From Myxococcota bacterium (GTDB taxonomy: Bacteria > Myxococcota_A > UBA9160 > UBA4427), in contig JAYZFK010000055.1 of NCBI GenBank assembly GCA_036336835.1, forward strand, positions 1 to 51,856: a DNA stretch of 51,856 nt, written 5' to 3'. Under the pieces are notes generated by a model that saw only the letters and a program-made list of their open reading frames with translations, ran no database searches and was not told where the DNA came from. The position numbers and the translations under genes are program-made. Shown one piece after another: positions 30,181 through 39,099 of the stretch (the first letter of the stretch is position 1; each line of letters begins with the position of its first letter).

Positions 30181-30891
30181 TCAGCTGGCGGACCGCAACA
30201 CCGACTCGACGCGCGCGATGTCCTCGGGAACGTCGACCGGCACGCTGTGCCAGTCTTCGACGATCGCGGCGCGGATCGAGTGGCCGTGGTCGAGGGCTCG
30301 CAGCTGCTCGAGACCCTCGGAGCGTTCGCGGTCGGTCCGAGCAAGCGATACGAACTCCAGAGCGAACGCGCGCCGGTAGGCGTAGAGCCCGACGTGCTGC
30401 CAGACGTAGCCGGGCCCCGTCGGCCTTCGCGCGAAGTCGAGCGCGCGACCCTTGTCGTCGAGCCGGGCCTTCACTCGGTTGGGATCGTCGTCGGCGCCCG
30501 GCGCAAGCGCGTGGACCACCGTAGACATATCGGCGCCCGCATCGTCGATCAGTGCGGCGACCACGGCGTCGATCACGAAGCCGGCGATCAGCGGCTCGTC
30601 GCCCTGGATGTTGACGATCAGGTCGTCGTCGAGACCGGCCGCGACCTCAGCGAGTCGATCGGTGCCGGTCGGGTGGTGGGAGCCGGTGAGCGCGACGGCC
30701 GCACCGAACGATCGAGCGGTCTCGGCGATGCGCGTGTCGTCGGTCGCGATCACGACGTCGCGCAGACTCGAAGCGGTCCGCGCACCTTCCCATGTCCACT
30801 GGATCATGGGCCGGCCGGCGATCTTGGCGAGTGGCTTGCCCGGGAAGCGTGACGAGGTCCAGCGAGCCGGGATGATGCCCACCGCGTCCAT
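30181..30891 (-). CDS. kdsB: 3-deoxy-manno-octulosonate cytidylyltransferase
   Basis: IIPARWTSSRFPGKPL, VIATDD, TGTDR, VNIQGDEP, HVGLYAYR, EGLEQLRAL, VDVPED. Confidence 0.95.
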   Translation of the reverse strand: MDAVGIIPARWTSSRFPGKPLAKIAGRPMIQWTWEGARTASSLRDVVIATDDTRIAETARSFGAAVALTGSHHPTGTDRLAEVAAGLDDDLIVNIQGDEPLIAGFVIDAVVAALIDDAGADMSTVVHALAPGADDDPNRVKARLDDKGRALDFARRPTGPGYVWQHVGLYAYRRAFALEFVSLARTDRERSEGLEQLRALDHGHSIRAAIVEDWHSVPVDVPEDIARVESVLRSAS

Positions 30892-30928
30892 GCCCTCGAT
30901 GCTAACGTACGGGCCGCGAGGAGAGGGG

Positions 30929-32182
30929 ATGACTGCACTCGGAACGATCGGGATCCTGGTCGGAGGGGGGCCGGCTCCGGGCATCAACGGCGTGATCGGG
31001 GCCGCCACGCTGGCCGCGCAGGCACGCGGTGCTCGGGTGATCGGAATCCTCGAGGGCTTCAAGCACCTGATGCAGGGGGCGCAGGACATCCAGGCCCACG
31101 CACACGATCTCTCGCGCAGCGAGGTGGTGGCGATTCATCTGCGCGGCGGCTCGATCCTCAAGACGTCGCGCGCCAATCCGACCCGGCAGCCCGGTGATCT
31201 CGACCGCTGCGTGCAGGCGCTCGACGCCCTGGGCGTCGAGAAGCTGGTGACGATCGGTGGCGATGACACCGCCTCATCGGCCATCGAGGTGGCTCGAGCC
31301 GCAGGCGGTCGCATCCGGGTCGTCCACGTTCCCAAGACGATCGACAACGATCTGCCCCTGCCCGAGGGGATCCCGACATTCGGCTACGAGACCGCGCGTG
31401 AGCACGCTTCCAACCTCGTGGCGGGGCTGCACGAAGACGGTCGCACCATGAACCGCTGGTTCTTCGTCGAGCTGATGGGTCGTCAGGCCGGCTACTTGAG
31501 CCTCGGCACCGGCACTGCGGCCGGTGCCACCATCACTTTGATCGCCGAAGAGTTCTCGCAGGATCCGATCCGGCTCGACGACGTCGTTCGCACGGTCGAG
31601 GGCTCCGTGGTGAAGCGGCTCGCGCTGGGGATGGCCCACGGTTGCGCGGTGATCGCCGAAGGGATCGCCGGGCGTCTCGACCCTGAAGACCTCGCCGGCA
31701 TGGCGGAGATTGCGCGCGATGAGCACGGCCACATCAAGCTGTCCGAGATCCCGCTGGCGAAGACTGTCGCCCGTCTGGTCAAGCAGTCGCTCGCGGCACG
31801 TGGCGTCAAGCTCACGGTCAACGCCAAGGAGATCGGTTACGAGCTGCGCTGCCTGCCGCCCTGCGCCTTCGACCGCGAGTACACGCGCGCTCTCGGCGTC
31901 GGCGCGATCGAATTGCTGGCCCGCGGTGCGAACGGGGTGCTCGTCTCACGGCAGGCCGGTCGCTGCGTTCCGATCGAGTTCTCGGATCTGATCGATCCCT
32001 CGACGCAGCGTGCTCGCGTCCGCTACGTCGACGTCAAGAGCGATACCTTTCGCCACGCGCGCTCACTCCAGACTCGGGTCGAAGCGTCGGACCTCGAAGA
32101 CGATGCAATGGTCGAGGCGCTGTCCAAGGCCTCCGGACTGGAGCCCGCGGCTGTGCGCGAGCGGTACGCTCCGCTGTCCTGA
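30929..32182 (+). CDS. pfp: Pyrophosphate-dependent phosphofructokinase
   Basis: GGGPAPGIN, GGDD (PPi signature), PKTIDND, MGR, IGYELRC; strong SD. Confidence 0.9.
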   Translation: MTALGTIGILVGGGPAPGINGVIGAATLAAQARGARVIGILEGFKHLMQGAQDIQAHAHDLSRSEVVAIHLRGGSILKTSRANPTRQPGDLDRCVQALDALGVEKLVTIGGDDTASSAIEVARAAGGRIRVVHVPKTIDNDLPLPEGIPTFGYETAREHASNLVAGLHEDGRTMNRWFFVELMGRQAGYLSLGTGTAAGATITLIAEEFSQDPIRLDDVVRTVEGSVVKRLALGMAHGCAVIAEGIAGRLDPEDLAGMAEIARDEHGHIKLSEIPLAKTVARLVKQSLAARGVKLTVNAKEIGYELRCLPPCAFDREYTRALGVGAIELLARGANGVLVSRQAGRCVPIEFSDLIDPSTQRARVRYVDVKSDTFRHARSLQTRVEASDLEDDAMVEALSKASGLEPAAVRERYAPLS

Positions 32183-32203
32183 GTCCTGGAGCAGCGAGGC
32201 ACA

Positions 32204-32668
32204 ATGGACGCGAAATTCCTGTTCTGGAGTGCTGCCCTGCTGAACATGGCGGCGATGTTTGGCCTCTTGTGCAACGGCGTGCGACAGGTGCGGCGGGGCA
32301 ATGTCCAGGCCCACCGACGCTCGATGATCGGAGCGACGAGCCTCGTCGTCGCCTTCCTGCTGGCGTACCTGCTCAAGGCGACACTGCTCGGCAAGGAAGA
32401 CTTCGCACTCTGGAGTCGCCCCGATGTCTGGAACCTGCGTTTCCACGAGACGTGCGTGCTGCTGATGCTGCTCGCGGGAGCGATCGCGCTGACGCGTGCT
32501 CGGCGATTGCGCGGAACGCAGAACGTCACAAGGGATCGCGACGACCCGATGGCGCCCGAGAGACACGTACGCTCGCACACCCGGGCGGGCTGGACGGCGG
32601 TGAGCGCCGCGGCCCTGGGCCTGCTGACGGCCGCGATCGTGCTGACGGGGATGTACGGACGCCTCTGA
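32204..32668 (+). CDS. DUF420-family membrane protein
   Basis: Four TM helices; VRRGNVQAHRRSM, FLLAY, HE, H.RAGW pattern. Confidence 0.7.
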   Translation: MDAKFLFWSAALLNMAAMFGLLCNGVRQVRRGNVQAHRRSMIGATSLVVAFLLAYLLKATLLGKEDFALWSRPDVWNLRFHETCVLLMLLAGAIALTRARRLRGTQNVTRDRDDPMAPERHVRSHTRAGWTAVSAAALGLLTAAIVLTGMYGRL

Positions 32669-32742
32669 GCCGGCGGTGGCTCGTGAACGGCTCGTTCTTC
32701 GCGGGACGTTCCGGGCGGGCTGCGCGCGCCGTGTTCCGCCGC

Positions 32743-33684
32743 TCAACTCGTCGCGATGGTGTGGATCTCGGGGATGATGCTGTCGCGCGCGAGCTCGATC
32801 GCCTCTGTCGGATCCGACAGCACCGACAGGATGATGTGCCGGCTCCCGGCGCGTGCGAAGCGCTGCATCTGCTCGAGACAATCCTCGGGCCGGCCCAGCA
32901 GGCAATACTTCGCTGCGGCGTCGCGGAACGGCACGTTGTAGATGCGCTGGAGCAGCTCGGTCGCGCGATCGAGAGCGGCTTCGTAGCTCTGGTCGAACAA
33001 CGTGAACAAGAAGCTCATCGGCTCGAACGGGTGTGCCTTGCGTCCCACCTTGGCTGCGTGCGCTCGAATCTTCGTCAGGTTCTCGGCGAACCGGTCCGCC
33101 GCGCACATGTGCGAGACATAGCCGTCGCCGAGCTGGCCCGCGCGTCGGAACGTCGGGCCGCGGCGCCCGCCGACGATGATCGGCGGCCCCGCGGCCTGGA
33201 GCGGCTTCGGGTCGAGCGAGATCGGCCCGAAGCGGTAGTGCGCGCCCTGGTGGACGACACCGTCCTCGGTCCACAAACGGCGCAGGATCTCGATCGCCTC
33301 GTCTGCGCGCGCGCCGCGTTCCGCGACGGGCACGCCCACCGCCTCGAACTCGGGTGGGAATTCACCGCCCACCCCGACACCCAACGTGAGACGCCCGCCG
33401 GACAGCACGTCGAGCGACGAGGTCACCTTGGCAATCGCAGTCGGGTGGCGCAGGGGCAGGAGGTAGACGGCAGTCCCCAGCCGGATGCGCTCGGTTGCGG
33501 CGGAGGCGAACGAGAGCAAGGTCAGCGACTCGATGATCGGGATGTGAAACGAGAGGTGATCGCCCACCCACAGCGAGTCGAAGCCCGCGGCTTCGATGGC
33601 TCGGGCACCTCGCAGCACGTCGTCGCGCTGGCCGCCGGGCAGCACCATTCCACAGCGGACGCGATCGGGAAATCGGAGCGGCAC
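32743..33684 (-). CDS. LLM-class flavin-dependent oxidoreductase
   Basis: GFDSLWVGDH, TERIRLGTAV, LDVLSGGRLTLGVGVG, PPIIVGG. Confidence 0.9.
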   Translation of the reverse strand: MPLRFPDRVRCGMVLPGGQRDDVLRGARAIEAAGFDSLWVGDHLSFHIPIIESLTLLSFASAATERIRLGTAVYLLPLRHPTAIAKVTSSLDVLSGGRLTLGVGVGGEFPPEFEAVGVPVAERGARADEAIEILRRLWTEDGVVHQGAHYRFGPISLDPKPLQAAGPPIIVGGRRGPTFRRAGQLGDGYVSHMCAADRFAENLTKIRAHAAKVGRKAHPFEPMSFLFTLFDQSYEAALDRATELLQRIYNVPFRDAAAKYCLLGRPEDCLEQMQRFARAGSRHIILSVLSDPTEAIELARDSIIPEIHTIATS

Positions 33685-33687
33685 CGG

Positions 33688-34278
33688 CTAGAGCTTGATG
33701 CGCGGGCGCGCCCGGCGGCTCAACGAGCGGCTCCAGAGGGCGCCCAGCAGCATGCCTACGGACAGCACGCCGGCACCGGTGATCCACTCGGGCCAGCGCT
33801 GTCCGCCCTTCAGCCGGTCGTTCTCGCGCGTGAGTTCGGCGACCTGTCCAGCCTGCTGCTGGTCGGCTTCCGACAACCGCTGGTTCGACTCGGCGAGCGC
33901 CGCGCGCTGTGCGCTCACCGTCTCGAACTGCTCGCGCAGCCCGAGCAGCTCTTGTTCGATCTGGCCCAGCCGGATCGTTGGCGGTGCTTGCGGCTGCAGG
34001 TAGCCCGCCGGGATCCAGCCCTCACCGCCCTCGGCCAGCGTGATCTGTGTCCACTTCTCCGAACGTTGCAGAATGGTGACCTCGTCGCCTGTCTTGAGCG
34101 TGCGAACGATCCGATAGTCGCTGCCGGGACCGGTGCGCAGGTTGAGCCGGATCTCGCCACGGACCCAGGCCTGCTCGGCCAGGGCAGGGTGCGGAGTGCC
34201 GAGCACACTGCTCAGCAAGAGCGCAGCGGTTGCTGTAGCGATTGCGCCACGGCGAGGCGTGCGTTGTGTCCGAATCAC
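33688..34278 (-). CDS. TIGR04211/YgiM-like SH3-domain protein
   Basis: Signal peptide, LRTGPGSDYRI...GEGWI SH3b, coiled coil, C-terminal TM WITGAGVLSVGMLLG plus basic tail; SD before GTG 34278. Confidence 0.85.
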   Translation of the reverse strand: MIRTQRTPRRGAIATATAALLLSSVLGTPHPALAEQAWVRGEIRLNLRTGPGSDYRIVRTLKTGDEVTILQRSEKWTQITLAEGGEGWIPAGYLQPQAPPTIRLGQIEQELLGLREQFETVSAQRAALAESNQRLSEADQQQAGQVAELTRENDRLKGGQRWPEWITGAGVLSVGMLLGALWSRSLSRRARPRIKL

Positions 34279-34376
34279 ATCCCCCTCCGCATGCGTGCGC
34301 TTCGAACCGAGACCTCGCGCGCTCAGGCACGCCGGCAAGTCGAGGCGTAGGGTATCGCAGCCGCACCTGCGGGAGG

Positions 34377-36233
34377 CTACTCGCGGACCTGTATCGGTCG
34401 GTCGTCGCGGGCACGAGCCAGCTCTTCGAACACCGTAGCGCTGAGGTCCGCGCCGCCCGCGTCGGCTCGCGTGAGCAGGAATCCGAGCCCGACTTCGCGT
34501 CCGCTGGCTCGTTGTTGCCTTGCCCAGCGGCGCGAGACAGCTTCCGACTGCTGGCGACGGCGATCCGGCGAGGCCACCCAGTCGTAGTCGATGTCCTCGA
34601 ACCCGGGGATGCGCTGGAGTGATCGTTTGGCGTGGAAGCGGACGGCGTCATACGGGTCGTTGAGCAGGATCGCCAGCAGGGGCGGCGCCCAGACCTGCGC
34701 GTCCGACGCCTCGACGGCTGGTGCCCAGCCGAGCGCCGACGCGGCGATCGCGCGCTCGGCGGCGTCTCCACTCAGCAGATCCACGGCCGCACTCGGCACG
34801 GCGCGCTCGATCGCGGTGAGCTCCGGCAACGGATGTCCGTACCACTGGGCGAGGGCGCCCGCCGTCCAGCCGAGAGGGCGATCGAGGTGGCAGCCGTTGC
34901 ACGCGTTGAGCCTGCCGGTGGTGCGATCGGTCTCGACATTGGGGCTGCTGATCGTGTGACTGCGGATCGCCTTGCGCAGTCCCAGGTTGGTGTAGGGCAT
35001 GTGGCAGTTCTGGCACTCGCTGCCGGACGAGCCGACGCTGTGATGGCTGTGCTCGGTCCGCGCCTCGGGCGTTGCCAGCACGTCGTGGCACTGGAGACAG
35101 GCCGTGTTGCCGCGCATTCCCGGCTTCAGCTGATCGTCGCGCCAGGCCTCGAGTACGGTCGGGTCGGCCGGCGTGTGCATTGCGTGGCAGGAGGTGCAGC
35201 CGAAGTCGCCGCCCGCATAACACGGAGAGGCGATCAGCCCGTTGTATTCGCGCCCGGAAGGCTTGACCTCGCCGTCTGGCCAGAAGCTGCCCGGGTCGCG
35301 CTCGTAGGCCGTTACGACGGCGATGCCGCTCTCGGCGAGGGCGTCTCCGGGCCGGTAGTCAATGCCTTCTTGCAGGTAGTCCTGATAGCTCTCGTTTGAG
35401 TCGTGACGCCAAACGCTGTGGCAGCGGCCGCACACCTGCGAGCCTCGCGCCGCGTCGAGCTCTGCGGGGTTCACGACGTCGCTGGGCGCCGCTGCCGCCA
35501 GGTGCTGGGCATAGCGCTCGCCGGGGCTTCGCATCTGCTCCGCGTGTGCCTGCGAGGGACCGTGGCACGCCTCGCAAGCGATACCGAACTCGCTCACCTC
35601 GGTCATCGCGTGTGGAGGGCCCAGCCAGCGCGGACGCTCGTCGGTCACGTGGCACGCGATGCAGCCGTAGTTCCAGGTCCCGATCGCGGGCAGGTAGCGC
35701 TTGGAGCGATCCTTGGGGGGCTTCAGGAAGTTCGACTCGGAAGGGAACCAGCGCTGGTCCAGTTGGTCCCAGGCAACCGGCAGGTAGCCGAGCACCCGGG
35801 TGATGCCGGTCTCGTACCAGTAGATCTGCAGGTGGTGGCTGCCGGTGACGAGCGCGATCCGGTGGTCCTGGTACTCGGGTACGCCCTCGCCCGGCCACGC
35901 CGGGTCCGGTACGCGAGCGAAGAACTCGTCCCCGCGCCGCGTGAGGTGAAACTCGTGACCGTCTGCGCTCGCGGTGGCATTGTCGAAGTCGCCGAAGACG
36001 TTCGCGGGCGTCGCCGGCCGGGTCATGGTCCGGTGATACGACGCGTACCAGCTCGCGTACTGACTGGGGTGGCAGGCGCGGCATGCATCGGAGGTCGCGT
36101 AGCCGTCGCCCGGGATTGATAGCGGTGCCGTCGCGGCCTGCAGATCGGTCGTCGCGGGCTGTGGACAGCCGAGCGGGCCAAGAGCGAGCGCAGCCGCGGC
36201 CCACGCCCAGCGGATCGAGCGCTGCTTTGCCAC
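34377..36233 (-). CDS. Octaheme c-type cytochrome lipoprotein with C-terminal HEAT-like region
   Basis: Eight CxxCH (CRACH, CIACH, CEACH, CGRCH, CTSCH, CLQCH, CQNCH, CNGCH); lipobox PLGC; LLNDPYDAVR; start 36233 or 36239. Confidence 0.85.
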   Translation of the reverse strand: MAKQRSIRWAWAAAALALGPLGCPQPATTDLQAATAPLSIPGDGYATSDACRACHPSQYASWYASYHRTMTRPATPANVFGDFDNATASADGHEFHLTRRGDEFFARVPDPAWPGEGVPEYQDHRIALVTGSHHLQIYWYETGITRVLGYLPVAWDQLDQRWFPSESNFLKPPKDRSKRYLPAIGTWNYGCIACHVTDERPRWLGPPHAMTEVSEFGIACEACHGPSQAHAEQMRSPGERYAQHLAAAAPSDVVNPAELDAARGSQVCGRCHSVWRHDSNESYQDYLQEGIDYRPGDALAESGIAVVTAYERDPGSFWPDGEVKPSGREYNGLIASPCYAGGDFGCTSCHAMHTPADPTVLEAWRDDQLKPGMRGNTACLQCHDVLATPEARTEHSHHSVGSSGSECQNCHMPYTNLGLRKAIRSHTISSPNVETDRTTGRLNACNGCHLDRPLGWTAGALAQWYGHPLPELTAIERAVPSAAVDLLSGDAAERAIAASALGWAPAVEASDAQVWAPPLLAILLNDPYDAVRFHAKRSLQRIPGFEDIDYDWVASPDRRRQQSEAVSRRWARQQRASGREVGLGFLLTRADAGGADLSATVFEELARARDDRPIQVRE

Positions 36234-36271
36234 GGCCAATCACCGTAGCAGGGATGTGATAGGGGTGAGAA

Positions 36272-36347
36272 TGGCTCCCCGGGTAGGACTTGAACCTACG
36301 ACCCAGCGGTTAACAGCCGCTTGCTCTGCCAACTGAGCTACCGGGGA
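36272..36347 (-). tRNA. tRNA-Asn (GTT), 76 nt with encoded CCA
   Basis: Reverse complement TCCCCGGTAGCTCAGTTGGCAGAGCAAGCGGCTGTTAACCGCTGGGTCGTAGGTTCAAGTCCTACCCGGGGAGCCA. Confidence 0.98.
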
Positions 36348-36473
36348 ACGCTGTAGGCGATGGAGGGTAGCAGGGTGCTCGAGGACACCCGGCCGCAGCC
36401 ACGCGCTGCGGCGGGAGAAGTTCCTCGTGTTGCTGCTCTAGTCCGACCTCTCGAATGTCGCATCGGCCCGATG

Positions 36474-36947
36474 CTACTCGTATCGGATCTTGAGTACCTC
36501 GAACTGCCGCGTACCCTTGGGCACGCGGACGACAACCTCGTCGTCCACGCGCTTTCCCAACATGGCCCGCGCGACCGGTGAGGAGACCGAGATGCGCCCC
36601 GAACTCGCGTCTGCCTCGTCCTCGCCGACGATCGTGTAGGCCACTGCCTCATCGGTATCCACGTCCGACAGGATGACCGTCGCACCGAAGAACACCTGAT
36701 CGGTCGCCTGCCCCGCAGGGTCGATCACCTGGGCCCTGGCGATCTTGTCCTCGAGCAGGACGATCTGTGCCTCGAGCTGCCCCTGGCGCTCTTTGGCCGC
36801 GTGGAACTCGGCGTTCTCGGAGATATCGCCGTGGGCGCGCGCCTCCTCGATCTCCTTGACGTTCTTCGGCCGTTCGACGGTCTTGATGCGGCGGAGCTCT
36901 TGCTTGAGGTTGTCGAACCCCTCTTTGCTCATGGGAACTCGGTCCAT
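36474..36947 (-). CDS. greA: Transcription elongation factor GreA
   Basis: EARAHGDISENAEFHAAKE, VFFGATV, YTIVGEDEAD, ISVSSPVARA. Confidence 0.97.
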   Translation of the reverse strand: MDRVPMSKEGFDNLKQELRRIKTVERPKNVKEIEEARAHGDISENAEFHAAKERQGQLEAQIVLLEDKIARAQVIDPAGQATDQVFFGATVILSDVDTDEAVAYTIVGEDEADASSGRISVSSPVARAMLGKRVDDEVVVRVPKGTRQFEVLKIRYE

Positions 36948-37131
36948 ACCCGCGTCCTTCACAGCGACTGGGGGATCGCACGGTTAGAATCCGCTCCGCG
37001 CAGCGGTCAGCCGGCCGATCGCCGGGCGCATGGCTAGATACGGAAGACGACGCCCCCGGGGGAGAGCGCCGCAGTCTCGCAACCTCGTCGAAGGCTATCG
37101 ACCCCTCGGAGCGGAGTCAACGAAGGGACCG

Positions 37132-37722
37132 ATGAGCGAGTCCACACCTCCCGTGCTCGATCCGGCGCGCTTCGTACGCTTCGGCGTCCTGTTCTATGGG
37201 GCCATGGCCTTGGTGGCCGTGCTGTGGCGCGTTGGTCTCTACGATGAGCCGATCTGGCTGGCGGCGAGCGCCCCGAGCGGTGTGGCCTGGTGGGCGCAGG
37301 CGGGGCTGGGCCTGGGCGTCGCGGCTGCGGTCGTCCTCGTGTCGTGCGGGCTCTCGGAGCTCACCGGCTGGGGCCGTCGGCTGGCACGTGCCATGGCGGA
37401 GCCGCTGCGCGGGCTCGGTGTTCCGGATGCCCTGCTGCTCGCCGCGGCGAGCGGTCTGGCGGAGGAGATGTTCTTCCGCGGCGCGCTGCAGCCCCGGGTG
37501 GGGCTGGTGGTGGCGAGTGCCCTGTTCGGGGTGCTCCACTTCGCCCCGCGGCGCGAGTTGCTGCCGTGGACCGTCTTTGCGGTCGTGATGGGGTTCGTGC
37601 TCGGCTGGCTGTTCGCCTGGACCGGTAGTCTGCTCGCTCCCGTGATCGCCCACACCGTGATCAACGCCGTGAACCTGCCGCTGCTCGTGCGCCGCTACGG
37701 CGACGCGTCGGCTGGCGGCTGA
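37132..37722 (+). CDS. CPBP (CAAX/Abi) intramembrane glutamic endopeptidase
   Basis: EEMFFRG, FGVLH and HTVIN motifs. Confidence 0.9.
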   Translation: MSESTPPVLDPARFVRFGVLFYGAMALVAVLWRVGLYDEPIWLAASAPSGVAWWAQAGLGLGVAAAVVLVSCGLSELTGWGRRLARAMAEPLRGLGVPDALLLAAASGLAEEMFFRGALQPRVGLVVASALFGVLHFAPRRELLPWTVFAVVMGFVLGWLFAWTGSLLAPVIAHTVINAVNLPLLVRRYGDASAGG

Positions 37723-37834
37723 GGGTCCGCTCTCGGCTGGGCGAGACACGGCGACCCGGCGGCAGTACTGGTAGCGGATCGCTCGACGCGGCCGGCGAGA
37801 CGGGAGCGGTTTGCCAGCCGTCCGAGCCGAGTTG

Positions 37835-38086
37835 CTAGGTGAGGCGGTCCGTGGGAGCCAGTCGCTCCTCGAGCACGCGCAGCAGGTAGCCGATCAGCAT
37901 CAAGTTGGGGAGCCGGTCGAGCGAGCGGCCCGAGATTCCTTCCGCCTCGCCGAAGTCGTTCGCGTATTTCGCCACGAACTCGATCGTGTCGAGGGGCACG
38001 TTCTTGACCAACATCTCGTTGACCCGGTCGTTGTCGAGGGTCTCGAAGACCTCTACGAATTCCCACGCCATCTCTTCAAACGTCAT
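37835..38086 (-). CDS. Small acidic hypothetical protein (83 aa)
   Basis: High-GC3 codon usage, GGAG SD, own promoter; no family recognised. Confidence 0.75.
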   Translation of the reverse strand: MTFEEMAWEFVEVFETLDNDRVNEMLVKNVPLDTIEFVAKYANDFGEAEGISGRSLDRLPNLMLIGYLLRVLEERLAPTDRLT

Positions 38087-38155
38087 CCGCAGTCTCCGAG
38101 GCTGTCACCGGCTATGGGCCGGGAAAGCTGAAATCCCGAGCCTTCGTACTGAGCC

Positions 38156-38185
38156 ATCCTGCCCCCGACGAGTTGACTTGTCAAC
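38156..38185 (-). promoter_or_regulatory. sigma70 promoter with palindromic operator over the -35
   Basis: TTGACA-N17-CAGGAT on the minus strand; GTTGAC-TT-GTCAAC palindrome at 38172-38185; AT-rich tract upstream. Confidence 0.6.
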
Positions 38186-38322
38186 GACGGAGGATCGAAA
38201 AAGTATAATAATAACGGTGGTTTAAGGCAACTCTGGAAAACCTCTACCGGGTAGGCACCCTTTGAATTCACGGACACACGGCGCCAGTTGCACACCAGGC
38301 GCGGACCGCCTGGATCGGCTCG

Positions 38323-38841
38323 TCAGAGTCGGATCTCATCGGCTGGTTCGCGCTCGTCGGCTCTGCCGGCTTGCTCGTCGAACAACGCGCCTGCAACGTA
38401 CACCGGAGCATCGAAGCGCAGGGCCATGGCGATCGCATCGCTCGGCCGCGCATCGATCTCGCGCGCTTCGCGATTGGCGAGCACGCGCACCACGGCGTAG
38501 TAGGTGTTGCCGCGCAACTCGGTCACCGTAACCTGCTCGATCGTCGCATCGAGACCGACGAGCAGTCGCTTGGCGAGGTCGTGTGTGTTCGGTCGGGGCG
38601 GCTCCCGCGAGTCGATCACAGCCTGGATCGAGCTGGCTTCGAAAGATCCGATCCAGATTGGAAGCACCCGGTCGCCGGCCACCTCCTCGAGCAGCACGAC
38701 CGGCGAGCTATTGCGGCGATCGATGCTCACGCCCCGGATATCGACCGCGATGGCGTCGGTTGGGGCAGAGCGCTGCGCGGCGGGTTCAGCGCACGCGGCC
38801 AGGGCGACGAACAGGGCGAGCAACGGGTGGATCCTCGGCAT
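38323..38841 (-). CDS. Bifunctional nuclease (DUF151) family protein with lipoprotein-type signal
   Basis: LPIWIGSFEA, RPNTHDL, IDARPSDAIAMALR; N-terminal LLALFVALAAC. Confidence 0.9.
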   Translation of the reverse strand: MPRIHPLLALFVALAACAEPAAQRSAPTDAIAVDIRGVSIDRRNSSPVVLLEEVAGDRVLPIWIGSFEASSIQAVIDSREPPRPNTHDLAKRLLVGLDATIEQVTVTELRGNTYYAVVRVLANREAREIDARPSDAIAMALRFDAPVYVAGALFDEQAGRADEREPADEIRL

Positions 38842-38859
38842 GTGGCACCCCTACACCGG

Positions 38860-39099
38860 AAGGTCGTGGCCCATGGCGCGATCGAGTTGGGTTCGCTGGG
38901 TCTGGGGCCCAGCTCGAGCGTGTTCATCGCGGCCGGCCAGCCGTATTCCTTCCGGTCCGCCGCGGGCGCCTTCGGCTTCCTCAACTACCGACGCGACGCC
39001 TCGGTGATGCGCTTCCAGGGCGAAGAGAAGACGCTCGACGACGCCGGCAGATCGACGGGCATGCAGCCGGTCGCAGCCGGTGATCTCAACGATCCATGA
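38860..39099 (+). pseudogene. C-terminal remnant of a cupin-like protein
   Basis: VVAHGAIELG...GPSSSVFIAAGQPYSFRS...FGFLNYRRDAS reads as a cupin second motif; no credible start or N-terminal half. Confidence 0.45.

Noticed and set aside
36272..36300. tRNA-Asn 3' end as attachment site of an integrated element
   Set aside because: No integrase and no convincing duplicate of the tRNA 3' end. A 10-nt ggctccccgg near 50554 is expected by chance and lies on the wrong side.
38173..38209. Plus-strand sigma70 promoter using TATAAT at 38204
   Set aside because: Spacing to TTGTCA or TTGACT is 20-25 nt and no plus-strand gene follows. The minus-strand reading fits better.
38851..39085. C-terminal extension of the 318-aa FkbM-like ORF
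   Set aside because: Reads as antisense of the cupin-like remnant and is better explained by a frameshift near 39122.
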